Notes: a model not told the origin generated them from the sequence alone. A stretch of DNA of 64,000 bases from an uncultured bacterium (GCA_965541585.1 CBEUCH010000016.1:1-64000), one strand, 5' to 3'. Positions 40,265-50,731 are shown, counted from the first letter of the stretch. Program-made: numbers and translations.

Positions 40265-42370
40265 ATGAGAGCCTTAAGAGTTATAATAACTGCACTAACG
40301 CTGCTCATGTCGGCGTTGGCGTGGGGCCAGGATGTAGAATATCTGGAATCGACCTTATGGGCTGGAATCACCGACGTCAAAGTCGTAGATAATTATGCTT
40401 ACTGCAGCTTTAGAAATGGATTGAAGATAATAGATATCACGGATAGGACGCATCCGGTCTTGACCAGCAAACTATTTTTCTTAGGAGAAGGACAGACGAT
40501 CGATATCAAGGGTGATCAGCTCTTCATGGCTGATGGTAGCGGTGGTTTACAAATAATAGATATCTCAAATCCTGAGTTTCCTGCACTCATGAGCAATCTT
40601 GGTACACCTGATACCTTATATGACGCATTTATCGAAGGAAATTATGCATACCTTGCTGTAGATGATTCTGGATTATATATCGCTGACATATCCGATCCCC
40701 TTAATCCGATTCTCGTGGGGAGTGAAGACTCTCCAATAGATGCCCGGGGTGTTTTTGTTTCAGGAGACCACGCCTATGTAGCCGATCTTTTTCGCGGCAT
40801 GAAAATATACAGAATCACAGATCCAGCCAATCCAATATTGGAGGCCGCTTTTGATTATCAGTGCTACGTTAAGAATCTAACTGTATCAGGTCATCACGCT
40901 TATCTTGCCGCCGGGGCCAGCCTGTTAATAGTTGACATCACGACTCCCCTGGAACCTGTTCTTGTATCATCCTTTTCTACTTTACCCAATCATTGCGAAG
41001 GGGTTTATGTCAGGGGGAATTATGCCTACCTTGCCGTCAGCAGTTTATTCCAGGTAATCGACATTTCTGATCCCACCAGCCCGTTCGAGGTAGGCTCATA
41101 TGAAATGTGGGGACCGGCAATGGACGTTTTCGTCCAGGACGATCAAGCATACGTGGTTGATCGTGATTATGGTCTTTTGACATTAAATATTGAAGATCCA
41201 TTCAATCCTATTCAGATCGGATATTACATCACAAAAGGAAAGCCGATTTGCGTTTTCACTGTTAATGATTACGCCTATGTGGCCGCTGACCGATTCGGTT
41301 TGCATATTATAGACATTGCTGATCCGGCTAACCCCTCTTTGCGCGGGTCGCTCCAAACAGGCCGGTGGTATCATGATATTTTTGTTCTTAATAGCTATTC
41401 TTATATTTCCGTGGGAGAATTGTTACAAATAGTGGATGTCTCGGATACTGAAAATCCATTTCTTGCAGGGGAATACGAGATAGAAAATTATTTTTATATA
41501 TCGAGTGTTTTTGTGGCCGGTCAATATGCCTACCTGGCCGTAGATGAGTTTGGATTGGAGATTGTCGATATAAGTCACCCGGAATACCCTGATCTCATAG
41601 GAAGTTATAATACATGGAGTTTCCCCTACTCCATTTTTGTCAGCGGGAATTATGCATACATGGTTGGTGAGTTCGGCCTTGAGATATTCGATGTCTCAGA
41701 TCCATCTGACCCGTTGTTAGTGGGGAGTAGCAATCTCGGATGGGCAAGTGCTGTCTTTGTTAGCGGCTCCTATGCCTATATAGGAGGCTCCAATCAGCTG
41801 GTAATATTGGATGTCATTGATCCTTTCAACCCTACACTCGTTAGTGCTTGTGATGCTCGAGGTTTCGTCCTGGACGTTTTCGTGGAAGGCCACTATGCTT
41901 ATTTGGCAGTTTACGGATTTGGTGTTCAAATCATAGATATCTCAGATCCAGCCGATCCTTCTTTGATCGCAAATCATGGTACTCCGGGTAATGCGCCCAA
42001 AGCGCATGTTGTTGACAATCATATATACGTGGCCGACGTTTTCTCCATGATTATTTTGCGTTTCGACCCTCAAACAGGAATTACGGAGGAAGTTTCAGCC
42101 GCTTCCAGATCTTTCTCCCTTTCCCAAAACTACCCCAACCCCTTCAATGCCAAGACCACAATCAAATATAGCCTGCCGGAAGCGAGGGAGGTTACAATCG
42201 AAATTTTCGACATCCTGGGACGGAAGGTTGAGACGCTGGTTCAAGAAAAACAGGCTGCCGGCTATCATCAGGTGGTCTGGGATGCTGAGAATCAGCCGTC
42301 AGGAGTCTATTTCTATTGGATAAAAGCCGGAGAATATAAGGAATCGAGGAGCTGTTTGCTTCTGAAATAG
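40265..42370 (+). CDS. Secreted LVIVD-repeat protein with CTD
   Basis: Many V.V.GNYAY.A....GL.I.DISDP..P repeats; QNYPNPFN...SCLLLK CTD. Confidence 0.9.
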   Translation: MRALRVIITALTLLMSALAWGQDVEYLESTLWAGITDVKVVDNYAYCSFRNGLKIIDITDRTHPVLTSKLFFLGEGQTIDIKGDQLFMADGSGGLQIIDISNPEFPALMSNLGTPDTLYDAFIEGNYAYLAVDDSGLYIADISDPLNPILVGSEDSPIDARGVFVSGDHAYVADLFRGMKIYRITDPANPILEAAFDYQCYVKNLTVSGHHAYLAAGASLLIVDITTPLEPVLVSSFSTLPNHCEGVYVRGNYAYLAVSSLFQVIDISDPTSPFEVGSYEMWGPAMDVFVQDDQAYVVDRDYGLLTLNIEDPFNPIQIGYYITKGKPICVFTVNDYAYVAADRFGLHIIDIADPANPSLRGSLQTGRWYHDIFVLNSYSYISVGELLQIVDVSDTENPFLAGEYEIENYFYISSVFVAGQYAYLAVDEFGLEIVDISHPEYPDLIGSYNTWSFPYSIFVSGNYAYMVGEFGLEIFDVSDPSDPLLVGSSNLGWASAVFVSGSYAYIGGSNQLVILDVIDPFNPTLVSACDARGFVLDVFVEGHYAYLAVYGFGVQIIDISDPADPSLIANHGTPGNAPKAHVVDNHIYVADVFSMIILRFDPQTGITEEVSAASRSFSLSQNYPNPFNAKTTIKYSLPEAREVTIEIFDILGRKVETLVQEKQAAGYHQVVWDAENQPSGVYFYWIKAGEYKESRSCLLLK

Positions 42371-42388
42371 AAGCTCAAGGGAGAAAAT

Positions 42389-43297
42389 ATGAAGAAGTTA
42401 TCACTGGCAACATTAATCGTGATTTTCGTCGTAGCTATAGCCTCCGCCCAATCAAACAAAATCGTCTTCGGGCCGCTGGTGGGGGATGATGCCGGAGTTC
42501 TAACCGTACACAAAAGCCAGGCCATCGGAGTTGAACTCTGGGTACGGACGAACCCGGATAATCCGGCTGACATTGTCGGAATGTCTCACGGCCTGATTTC
42601 CGAGGATTTTATCATTGCCGAGCGAAACGGCATGGATCCCGAGCCTGATTACGATTCACCCCCCTGGGAAAATGTCTTTGTGGACGGGCCGTATGTATAT
42701 GATCCGGAGGATAACTTTCCTATTCCGGTGGGTTGGACTTGCGAAATGCAGGGCGCTTTGTGTATTATTTTTAATCCGGTGCAGTGTGCTATTTTAGATA
42801 CGCAAGGAGAGTGGGATCTCTACGGCACCTGGCTGATGACCACCAACACCGAAATACCGACAGAGCAAACTTATTTCCCATTCCAGGAGGGCTGGTACCC
42901 CCATACCCAGGGCCGGGAAAGCACCATTTGGGCATTCGACATTGGTGGTGGTGTCACTCCGGAGCAGTCTTACTGCGGGTTGTATTTTGAATCTAACATC
43001 TGCTCCTATCTCTCAGGCGACTGCGACCATAACGGCTTTCCAATCGAACTCACTGATGTTTTAGCCATGATCGGCTTTTACAGGGGAACGATGGAACCAT
43101 ATTTATGTGAATGCAGCGAAGATCCGACAGTCTACAACTTCGCCGCCACCGCCGACCCCAACGGCAACTGCGCACCCAACGAACTCCTGGACGTGGTTAC
43201 TGAGATAGCCGCCTACCGGGGAACCATGACAGCCTCCGGCTGCCCCGACTGCCCCGGCTCTGAGGGGCTGGTAACAGGCGAGAACGAAGGTCAATAA
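42389..43297 (+). CDS. Array paralog 1: secreted variable domain plus Cys-rich dockerin
   Basis: Signal peptide, NKIVFGPL..DDAG domain, GDCDHNG...ADPNGNC duplicated Ca-loop/helix. Confidence 0.85.
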   Translation: MKKLSLATLIVIFVVAIASAQSNKIVFGPLVGDDAGVLTVHKSQAIGVELWVRTNPDNPADIVGMSHGLISEDFIIAERNGMDPEPDYDSPPWENVFVDGPYVYDPEDNFPIPVGWTCEMQGALCIIFNPVQCAILDTQGEWDLYGTWLMTTNTEIPTEQTYFPFQEGWYPHTQGRESTIWAFDIGGGVTPEQSYCGLYFESNICSYLSGDCDHNGFPIELTDVLAMIGFYRGTMEPYLCECSEDPTVYNFAATADPNGNCAPNELLDVVTEIAAYRGTMTASGCPDCPGSEGLVTGENEGQ

Positions 43298-43307
43298 GGG
43301 AGAAAAT

Positions 43308-44228
43308 ATGAAAACGCTGCTCTCAATATTATTGGCGATAATGTTCATGCAATCAGCGGCTCTCTCGCAGGACCTGAACAAGATCGTCTTCGGCCCGCTG
43401 GAGGGAGATGATGCCGGAGTTCTGACCGTGCATAACGGCCAGGCCATCGGAGTTGAACTCTGGGTGCGGACAGATCCGGGCAATCCTGCTCCTGTTGTTG
43501 GTGTAGCTCACGGACTCATGTCTGAAGATGTCATCATAGCCGAGCGAAATGGCTTGGATCCTGAGCCCCTGTACGATTGGTGTATGTATTTTGTCGACGG
43601 CCCATACGCTTATGATGACCCGTATGAATATGAATTTCCCATCCCTCCGGGCTGGACATGTGAAATGCAGTGGGCTGTCCCCTGCGATTGGCCGCCCTGT
43701 GGTGACGGCGAACCCGGCGGCGGTCCCATGGACACTCAGGGCGAATGGGACCTCTACGGTAGCTGGCTGATGATCACTAACATCGAAATACCGGCAGAGC
43801 AAACTTATTTCCCATTCCAGGAGGGCTGGTACCCCCATAACGGCGAGGGAACAAAATGGGAATTCGAGGGTGGTGGAGGCGTCGTGCCGGAGCAGTCCTA
43901 CTGCGGCCTGTATTTTGAATCTAATATCTGCTCCTATCTCCTCGGCGATTGCGACCATAACGGCTTTCCGATAGAACTCACCGATGTTTTAGCCATGATC
44001 GGCTTTTACAGGGGGGGAATAGAGCCAGATTATCTATGCGAATGCGGCGAAGATCCGACAGTTTACAGCTTCGCCGCCACAGCCGACCCCAACGGCAACT
44101 GCGCACCCAACGAGCTTAGCGACGTGGTTACCGAGATCGGCGCCTACCGGGGAACCATGACGGCCTCCGGCTGCCCCGACTGCCCCGGTACGGAGGGGAT
44201 AGTGATTCGAGAAAATGAAGGTCAATAA
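43308..44228 (+). CDS. Array paralog 2: variable domain plus dockerin
   Basis: Same architecture as paralog 1. Confidence 0.85.
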   Translation: MKTLLSILLAIMFMQSAALSQDLNKIVFGPLEGDDAGVLTVHNGQAIGVELWVRTDPGNPAPVVGVAHGLMSEDVIIAERNGLDPEPLYDWCMYFVDGPYAYDDPYEYEFPIPPGWTCEMQWAVPCDWPPCGDGEPGGGPMDTQGEWDLYGSWLMITNIEIPAEQTYFPFQEGWYPHNGEGTKWEFEGGGGVVPEQSYCGLYFESNICSYLLGDCDHNGFPIELTDVLAMIGFYRGGIEPDYLCECGEDPTVYSFAATADPNGNCAPNELSDVVTEIGAYRGTMTASGCPDCPGTEGIVIRENEGQ

Positions 44229-44238
44229 GGGCGGAAAT

Positions 44239-45123
44239 ATGAAAACGCTACTCTCAATAATATTGGCTATATTGTTCATGCAATCACCGGCCTCCGCCCA
44301 ATCGAACAAGATCGTCATCGGCCCACTGGAGGGGGATGACGCCGGTGTTTTGACAGTGCACAATGGCGAAGCCATAGAGGTTGAGATATGGGTGCGAACC
44401 GATCCGGATAATCCGGCGGTGGTTATAGGCGTGAGCCACGGATTATTGTCAGAGGATATCATCATAGCGGAGCGAAATGGCATGGATGTTGAGCCCCCGT
44501 ACGACGAATGGCTTCAATATTTTGTAGATGGGCCCTTTACAGATGCCGACGGGGGTGCTTACCCTTATCCTGCCGGCTTTATCGGCGAGATGCAGGGTGC
44601 AATCTGGTGTGGCTTTTTGCCGCCTTGCCCCGACCAACCCATAGACACTCAGGGCGAATGGGACCTTTACGGCACATGGCTGATGGATGTTAATATCGGA
44701 ATACCGACAGAGCAAACTTATTTCCCATTCCAGGAAGGATGGTACCCCCATAGCGGGTATGGCACCCTATGGGCATTCGACGGTGGTGGCATGGTCACTC
44801 CCGAGCAGTCTTACTGCGGCCTTTATTTTGAGCCATATCCTTGTTCATATATCCCCGGCGACTGCGACCATAACGGTTTTCCAATAGAACTCACCGATGT
44901 CCTGGCCATGATAGGTTTTTACAGGGGAACGATGAGACCAGATTTATGCGAATGCGGCGATGATCCCTTAATGCTCTATTTTGCTGCCACCGCCGACCCC
45001 AACGGCAACTGCGCGCCCAACGAGCTTCTGGACGTGGTTACCGAGATAGCCGCCTACCGGGGAACCATGACAGCCTCCGGCTGCCCAGATTGCCCCGGTA
45101 CGGAGGGTTTGTTGCGAAAATAA
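44239..45123 (+). CDS. Array paralog 3: variable domain plus dockerin
   Basis: Same architecture; start moved to ATG 44239 (MKTLLSI) by homology with the other paralogs. Confidence 0.85.
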   Translation: MKTLLSIILAILFMQSPASAQSNKIVIGPLEGDDAGVLTVHNGEAIEVEIWVRTDPDNPAVVIGVSHGLLSEDIIIAERNGMDVEPPYDEWLQYFVDGPFTDADGGAYPYPAGFIGEMQGAIWCGFLPPCPDQPIDTQGEWDLYGTWLMDVNIGIPTEQTYFPFQEGWYPHSGYGTLWAFDGGGMVTPEQSYCGLYFEPYPCSYIPGDCDHNGFPIELTDVLAMIGFYRGTMRPDLCECGDDPLMLYFAATADPNGNCAPNELLDVVTEIAAYRGTMTASGCPDCPGTEGLLRK

Positions 45124-45132
45124 GGCGGTAAT

Positions 45133-46038
45133 ATGAAGAATCTATTCAAAACATTATTGGTAACCTCTTTAATAACAGCGTCAGCTTCCGCCCAATCCAA
45201 TAAGATCGTCGTCGGCCCGCTGGTGGGGGATGATGCCGGAGTCCTGACCGTGCACAATGCTGAGGCTATAGAAGTTGAACTCTGGGTGCGGACCGACCCG
45301 GCTAATCCAACTTCCATTATCGGCGTGGCGCATGGTTTATCCTCAGATAATGTTATTATTGCTGAGCGAAATGGAGTTGTTATAGAACCTGAATACGACG
45401 AGCCCTATTGGTGCACAGTCTGGGTCGACGGGCCTTTTATCCATAATCCAGCTGACGATTTCCCCATTCCGGAAGGTTTGACATGCGAGATCTCGGTCGG
45501 ATTATATACATGGTGGCCCGACTGCATCGGCTGGCCGCTCAATACTCAGGGCGAATGGGACCTCTACGGCACCTGGCTGATGGTTGTTAATACCGGAATA
45601 CCAACAGAGCAAACTTATTTCCCATTGGAAGAGGGCTGGTATCCCCACAACGGAGAGGGCACAAACTGGGCATTCGACCGTGGTGGAGGCGTCACTCCGC
45701 AACAGTCTTACTGCGGCCTGTATTTTGAATCTAACATCTGCTCCTATATCCCCGGCGACTGCGACCATAACGGCTTTCCAATAGAACTCACCGATGTTCT
45801 GGCCATGATAGGCTTTTACAGAGGGGGAATAGAGCCAGATTATCTATGCGAATGCGGGGAAAACCCGACAGTATACAACTTCGCGGCCACAGCCGACCCC
45901 AACGGCAACTGCGCGCCCAACGAGCTTCTGGACGTGGTTACCGAGATAGCCGCCTACCGGGGGACGATGACCGCCTCCGGCTGCCCCGACTGCCCCGGTA
46001 CGGAGGGGATTGTGATTCGAGAAAATGAGGATCAATAA
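45133..46038 (+). CDS. Array paralog 4: variable domain plus dockerin
   Basis: Same architecture. Confidence 0.85.
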   Translation: MKNLFKTLLVTSLITASASAQSNKIVVGPLVGDDAGVLTVHNAEAIEVELWVRTDPANPTSIIGVAHGLSSDNVIIAERNGVVIEPEYDEPYWCTVWVDGPFIHNPADDFPIPEGLTCEISVGLYTWWPDCIGWPLNTQGEWDLYGTWLMVVNTGIPTEQTYFPLEEGWYPHNGEGTNWAFDRGGGVTPQQSYCGLYFESNICSYIPGDCDHNGFPIELTDVLAMIGFYRGGIEPDYLCECGENPTVYNFAATADPNGNCAPNELLDVVTEIAAYRGTMTASGCPDCPGTEGIVIRENEDQ

Positions 46039-46047
46039 GGGGGAAAT

Positions 46048-47502
46048 ATGAAGAGGCTCTTCTGGCTATTACTGATTATATCTTTTATTTCATCATCAGC
46101 TTTCGGACAGGGCCTGAATAAGATCGTCTTCGGCCCGCTGGAGGGAGATGAAGCCGGGGTTCTAACCGTGCATAACGGTGAAGATATCGAGATCGAAATG
46201 TGGGTTCGAACAGACCCTAATAATCCAGGGCCTGTTGATAACATATTTCATGCTCTACTCTCTGAAGATATTATTATCGCCGAACGAAATGGTATTGTTA
46301 TTGAACCTCCGTATGACAATGCCAACTGGGGGGGCTTTGTGGGTGTAGACGGTCCTTACGTTCATAATCCAAACGATAATTACCCTATTCCTGAGGGTTA
46401 TACATGTGAAATCCAGTATGCTCTTCATTGCGACCCTTTTCCCTGCGATACCGACGAAATGGACACACAGGGCGAGTGGGATCTTTACGGGACCTGGATG
46501 ATGGTTGTCAATATGGACATCCCCGTGGATCAGACATATTTTCCTTTCATGGAAGGCTGGTACCCCGGTACGGGAAACGGTACTGAATGGTCGTTCGACG
46601 GTGGTGGCGGCGTCACTCCGGAGCAGTCTTACTGCGGTCTTTATTTCCCGATGCCCCAAACCAATAAGATCGTCTTCGGCCCGCTGGTGGGAGATGAGGC
46701 TGGAGTCTTGACGGTGCATAACAACCAGGCCATCGGAGTTGAACTCTGGGTTCGTACCGATCCGGATAATCCGGCGGTGGTTACAGGCGTGCAACACGGG
46801 TTATTGTCAGAGGATATCATTATCTTAGAGCGAAACGGAATGGATATCGAGCCTCAATATGAATCTAATTACTGGCAAACATTTGTCGACGGCCCATACT
46901 CTTATGATGACCCGTATGAATATGAATTTCCCATCCCTCCGGGCTGGACCTGTGAAATGCAGTGGGCTCTCCGCTGCGATTTGCCGCCCTGCGACGGCGA
47001 ACCCATGGACACTCAGGGCGAATGGGACCTCTACGGTACCTGGCTGATGATCACCAACATCGAAATACCGACAGAGGAAACTTATTTCCCATTCCAGGAG
47101 GGATGGTATCCACATAGCGGGGAAGGCACCCACTGGTCATTCGAAGGTGGTGGAGGCGTATACCCTGAGGAAGATTACTGCGGTTTGTATTTCGAACAGT
47201 ATATCTGCGAATATATTCCCGGCGACTGCGACCATAACGGCTTTCCGATAGAACTCACCGATGTCCTGGCCATGATAGGTTTTTACAGGGGAACGATGAG
47301 ACCAGATTTATGCGAATGCGGCGATGATCCCTTAATGCTCTATTTTGCTGCCACCGCCGACCCCAACGGCAACTGCGCGCCCAACGAGCTTCTGGACGTG
47401 GTTACCGAGATAGCCGCCTACCGGGGAACCATGACAGCCTCCGGCTGCCCAGACTGCCCCGGCTCGGAGGGGCTCGTAATTCGAGAAAATAAAGGGCATT
47501 AG
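46048..47502 (+). CDS. Array paralog 5: two tandem variable domains plus dockerin
   Basis: NKIVFGPL occurs twice (YCGLYFPMPQTNKIVFGPL junction), followed by the dockerin. Confidence 0.85.
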   Translation: MKRLFWLLLIISFISSSAFGQGLNKIVFGPLEGDEAGVLTVHNGEDIEIEMWVRTDPNNPGPVDNIFHALLSEDIIIAERNGIVIEPPYDNANWGGFVGVDGPYVHNPNDNYPIPEGYTCEIQYALHCDPFPCDTDEMDTQGEWDLYGTWMMVVNMDIPVDQTYFPFMEGWYPGTGNGTEWSFDGGGGVTPEQSYCGLYFPMPQTNKIVFGPLVGDEAGVLTVHNNQAIGVELWVRTDPDNPAVVTGVQHGLLSEDIIILERNGMDIEPQYESNYWQTFVDGPYSYDDPYEYEFPIPPGWTCEMQWALRCDLPPCDGEPMDTQGEWDLYGTWLMITNIEIPTEETYFPFQEGWYPHSGEGTHWSFEGGGGVYPEEDYCGLYFEQYICEYIPGDCDHNGFPIELTDVLAMIGFYRGTMRPDLCECGDDPLMLYFAATADPNGNCAPNELLDVVTEIAAYRGTMTASGCPDCPGSEGLVIRENKGH

Positions 47503-47511
47503 GGAGGATAT

Positions 47512-48468
47512 ATGAAAACGTTACTCTCAATAATATTGGCGATATCGATCATGCCGTCAGCGGCCCTTTCGCAGGACCTGAACAAAATCGTCTTCGGGCC
47601 TCTTGTGGGCGACAGTGCCGGAATACTGACTGTCCGCAACGGGGAGGAAATTGCCATTGAAATGTGGATACACGCTGATCCCGAAAATCCATCATGTATT
47701 ATAGGTCTATCTCATGGACTCATAACCGACGACGCTATCATTGCTGAAAGAAACGGCGTTGTCATCGATCCGTATTATGATGAACCCTACTGGGAGTCAG
47801 TCTGGGTTGATGGCCCATTTGACCACAACCCGGAAGATCCCTTTCCGATCCCGGAAGGACATACCGGTGAAAACCAGGTTGCCCTGGGATCCCTATTTGG
47901 TGGTTGTGATAGCATTCTTCATATACTCCCGGATACGGGATGGGTTTATTACGGGTCGTTTTTAATGGTATGTAACGATAACGTACCGCTGGGCGAAATA
48001 TATTATCCATTTTCCATAGGCTGGTATCCGCATAGCGGTCAGGGAACCAGCTGGTCGTTTGATAACCCTCCGGGCGGCAGTGTTGAACCGGAGCAGGATT
48101 ACTGCGGACTTTATTTCGTGCCGGAATGCGATTATGTTCCCGGCGATTGCGACCACGACGGGACTCCGTGGAGGCTTACCGATGTAGTCTCCATGATCGC
48201 CTTCTACAGAGGCTTTGCGGAACCTCCCTATACGTGCTACTGCCCGCCTCATGATGACGATTACCCTCCCGGCGCCGATCCCGACGGCAGTTGTGTTCCG
48301 TATGAGCTCTCCGACGTGGTCATCATGATCACCATGTTCCGGGGTCCTGGATGGCCGCCTTCCGGCTGCCTCGATTGCCGAACTTTCGGCAGGGTGGATT
48401 CGAGAAATGGCGATAATGAGAACCTCGTGCCAACCCTGAAATCAAAGGCTAAGATCGAGAAAGAATGA
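47512..48468 (+). CDS. Array paralog 6: variable domain plus divergent dockerin
   Basis: GDCDHDGTPWRLTDV...ADPDGSCVPYELSDV. Confidence 0.85.
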   Translation: MKTLLSIILAISIMPSAALSQDLNKIVFGPLVGDSAGILTVRNGEEIAIEMWIHADPENPSCIIGLSHGLITDDAIIAERNGVVIDPYYDEPYWESVWVDGPFDHNPEDPFPIPEGHTGENQVALGSLFGGCDSILHILPDTGWVYYGSFLMVCNDNVPLGEIYYPFSIGWYPHSGQGTSWSFDNPPGGSVEPEQDYCGLYFVPECDYVPGDCDHDGTPWRLTDVVSMIAFYRGFAEPPYTCYCPPHDDDYPPGADPDGSCVPYELSDVVIMITMFRGPGWPPSGCLDCRTFGRVDSRNGDNENLVPTLKSKAKIEKE

Positions 48469-48478
48469 ATGGATTAAT

Positions 48479-50713
48479 ATGAAAAAGCTACCGCTTGCAT
48501 TGTTGATTATTCTCTCAGGCACAGCTCTCGCTTCGGCGCAGGATTTAAACAAAATCGTCTTCGGGCCGCTGGAGGGAGATGAGGCGGGAGTTTTGACCGT
48601 GCATAATGGCGAAGATATTGAGATTGAGATGTGGGTCCGGACCGATATCAATAATCCTGAACCCGTTTTTGCCGTAAGCCACGCTTTAATGTCAGAAGAT
48701 GAGATCATAGCTGAGCGTAACGGCGCCCAGCTTGATCCGGATTATGACATGCCGAACTGGGAGCAAGTCTTCGTTGATGGGCCATTTAATCATAATCCCA
48801 ATGATCCCTTCCCAATACTTGAAGGCCACACCTGCGAGATGCTGGGTGCTCTTTATATTGTTTTCCAAGACCCCTACCCGGGTAGCCATCCCCTTGATAC
48901 TCAGGGAGAATGGGATTATTATGGTGCTTTCCTGATGTCCTGTAATGCTGATATCCCGATCGATAATACTTATTATCCGTTTTCAGCGGGTTGGTATCCT
49001 CATAACGGATTAGGTTTCCGATGGACATTCGAGGTAGGCGAATACGTCATACCGGAGCAGGATTATTGCGGGCTTTACGTAACCACAAATGCAGACCCGG
49101 AGTTCACGATCTGTCCTCAAGATACGCAGCATGTTGCTCCCCGGCAGCCGATCTGCCTCGATGTCGCCGGCGTGGACGCAGATACGCTCGATGATCTACA
49201 TATCTCCCTGATCTCCGGACCCGGTACATATTCCGAGGAAATTGGCGGGCCCGGAGGCTTTACCTCGGGTATCTGGTGCTGGGATAATCCTGCGCCAGGC
49301 GCCCACACCGTCCTGCTCGAGCTCAACGACAATGCCGGCGGAGTCGTCTATTGCGAATTTATCCTCGATGTTGAGGACATCGCCCTGGAGATCGAGTCTG
49401 TCGCGGGGTTCCCTGGTGCTACGGTCGTGGTTCCCATTCGCTTGCACACCTGGCTTTTGAGGACCGGCGGTGTGGAGCTCCTCATAACCTGGGATCCGGC
49501 GGATCTGAAACTTACGGAAGTCGTACCTAAGTCACGCATGGACTTCGGCAATGAATACTTCAACCACGATGTAGACAATCCCTGTGATCCGCCCTGCGAC
49601 CCGGGTGGCGCCGTCAGGATTTCCTGGATATCGGATATTGACGACGGCATTCCCCATGCCCCGGCCGGCGCCGGCAGCGACCCGATCTTAGAGTTGATTT
49701 TCGATGTCTACCCCGGCCTGCCATGGGATATGAATATTCCCATCTCCTTCTTCACCCAGCACGATACGGATAACATCGTTGCCGATTCATCCGGTAATGT
49801 CTGGTTCACTCCCGAATTAATCGACGGATGTATCGGAGTGCAGGATCCCTTTACATTCAGGAAGGGCGACCCAAATATGAATGGCCATTTCTTTGAAATA
49901 GGCGATGTATTGCTGGTTATTCGTCGTTTGATTGAGGGCTATGTCGTCTGGTCTGAGAACGGCACTAATGACGACGACCTGCAAGAATACGCCGCTGACT
50001 TGAATAGAAACGGATTTGTGGATTTTTCAGATCTAATGACGTTCATCAACATTTTCAACGGTATTGTCGATCCCCCGTATAAGTTCCGGCCAGGCTCCGG
50101 GGTGGCACGTATCAGCATGACCGAAAATATCGGAGACAATGTGGTTGTATCTATCGATGCGGATGTTGATATTGGCGGGGTCCTTGTCAGAATCTCTCAT
50201 CCGGGCATTGAGCTTGATGCTCCTTATGTCGAAAACAGCATGGAGATTCGCCACCACGATTCCGATGGCCTCATGAGCGCTGTCGTATATTCGCTGGAGG
50301 CAAATACCATACCGGCCGGCAATTCGCATCTTTTCACCATACCTGTTCTCCCTAACGAGGATGGTTGCCTGCGCTTCACCGAGGTTTCCTCCGCCGACTC
50401 TTATGGTCGTCTGATGGAGACTGTGGCTTCTCTGGAGACTCCTCTGCCAACTACCTTTGCCGTCGAGCAAAACTACCCCAACCCATTCAATGCCTCCACA
50501 ACCATCCGATACAGCCTGCCGGAGGCCAGCGAGGTCACAATCGAAATCTTCAACATCCTGGGGCGGAAGGTTGAGACGCTGGTTCAGGAAAAACAGGCTG
50601 CCGGCTATAATCAGGTGGTCTGGGATGCTGAGAATCAGCCGTCGGGAGTCTATTTCTATTGGATAAAAGCCGGAGAATATAAGGAATCGAGGAGCTGTTT
50701 GCTTCTGAAATAG
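48479..50713 (+). CDS. Array paralog 7: scaffold-like protein (variable domain, Ig-like, cohesin-like, dockerin, second sandwich, CTD)
   Basis: Cohesin-like LEIESVAGFPGATVVVPIRL...GGVELLITWDPADL. Dockerin GDPNMNG...DV...AADLNRNGFVDFSDL. QNYPNPFN CTD. Confidence 0.8.
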   Translation: MKKLPLALLIILSGTALASAQDLNKIVFGPLEGDEAGVLTVHNGEDIEIEMWVRTDINNPEPVFAVSHALMSEDEIIAERNGAQLDPDYDMPNWEQVFVDGPFNHNPNDPFPILEGHTCEMLGALYIVFQDPYPGSHPLDTQGEWDYYGAFLMSCNADIPIDNTYYPFSAGWYPHNGLGFRWTFEVGEYVIPEQDYCGLYVTTNADPEFTICPQDTQHVAPRQPICLDVAGVDADTLDDLHISLISGPGTYSEEIGGPGGFTSGIWCWDNPAPGAHTVLLELNDNAGGVVYCEFILDVEDIALEIESVAGFPGATVVVPIRLHTWLLRTGGVELLITWDPADLKLTEVVPKSRMDFGNEYFNHDVDNPCDPPCDPGGAVRISWISDIDDGIPHAPAGAGSDPILELIFDVYPGLPWDMNIPISFFTQHDTDNIVADSSGNVWFTPELIDGCIGVQDPFTFRKGDPNMNGHFFEIGDVLLVIRRLIEGYVVWSENGTNDDDLQEYAADLNRNGFVDFSDLMTFINIFNGIVDPPYKFRPGSGVARISMTENIGDNVVVSIDADVDIGGVLVRISHPGIELDAPYVENSMEIRHHDSDGLMSAVVYSLEANTIPAGNSHLFTIPVLPNEDGCLRFTEVSSADSYGRLMETVASLETPLPTTFAVEQNYPNPFNASTTIRYSLPEASEVTIEIFNILGRKVETLVQEKQAAGYNQVVWDAENQPSGVYFYWIKAGEYKESRSCLLLK

Positions 50714-50731
50714 AGGCTCAAGGGGGAAAAT

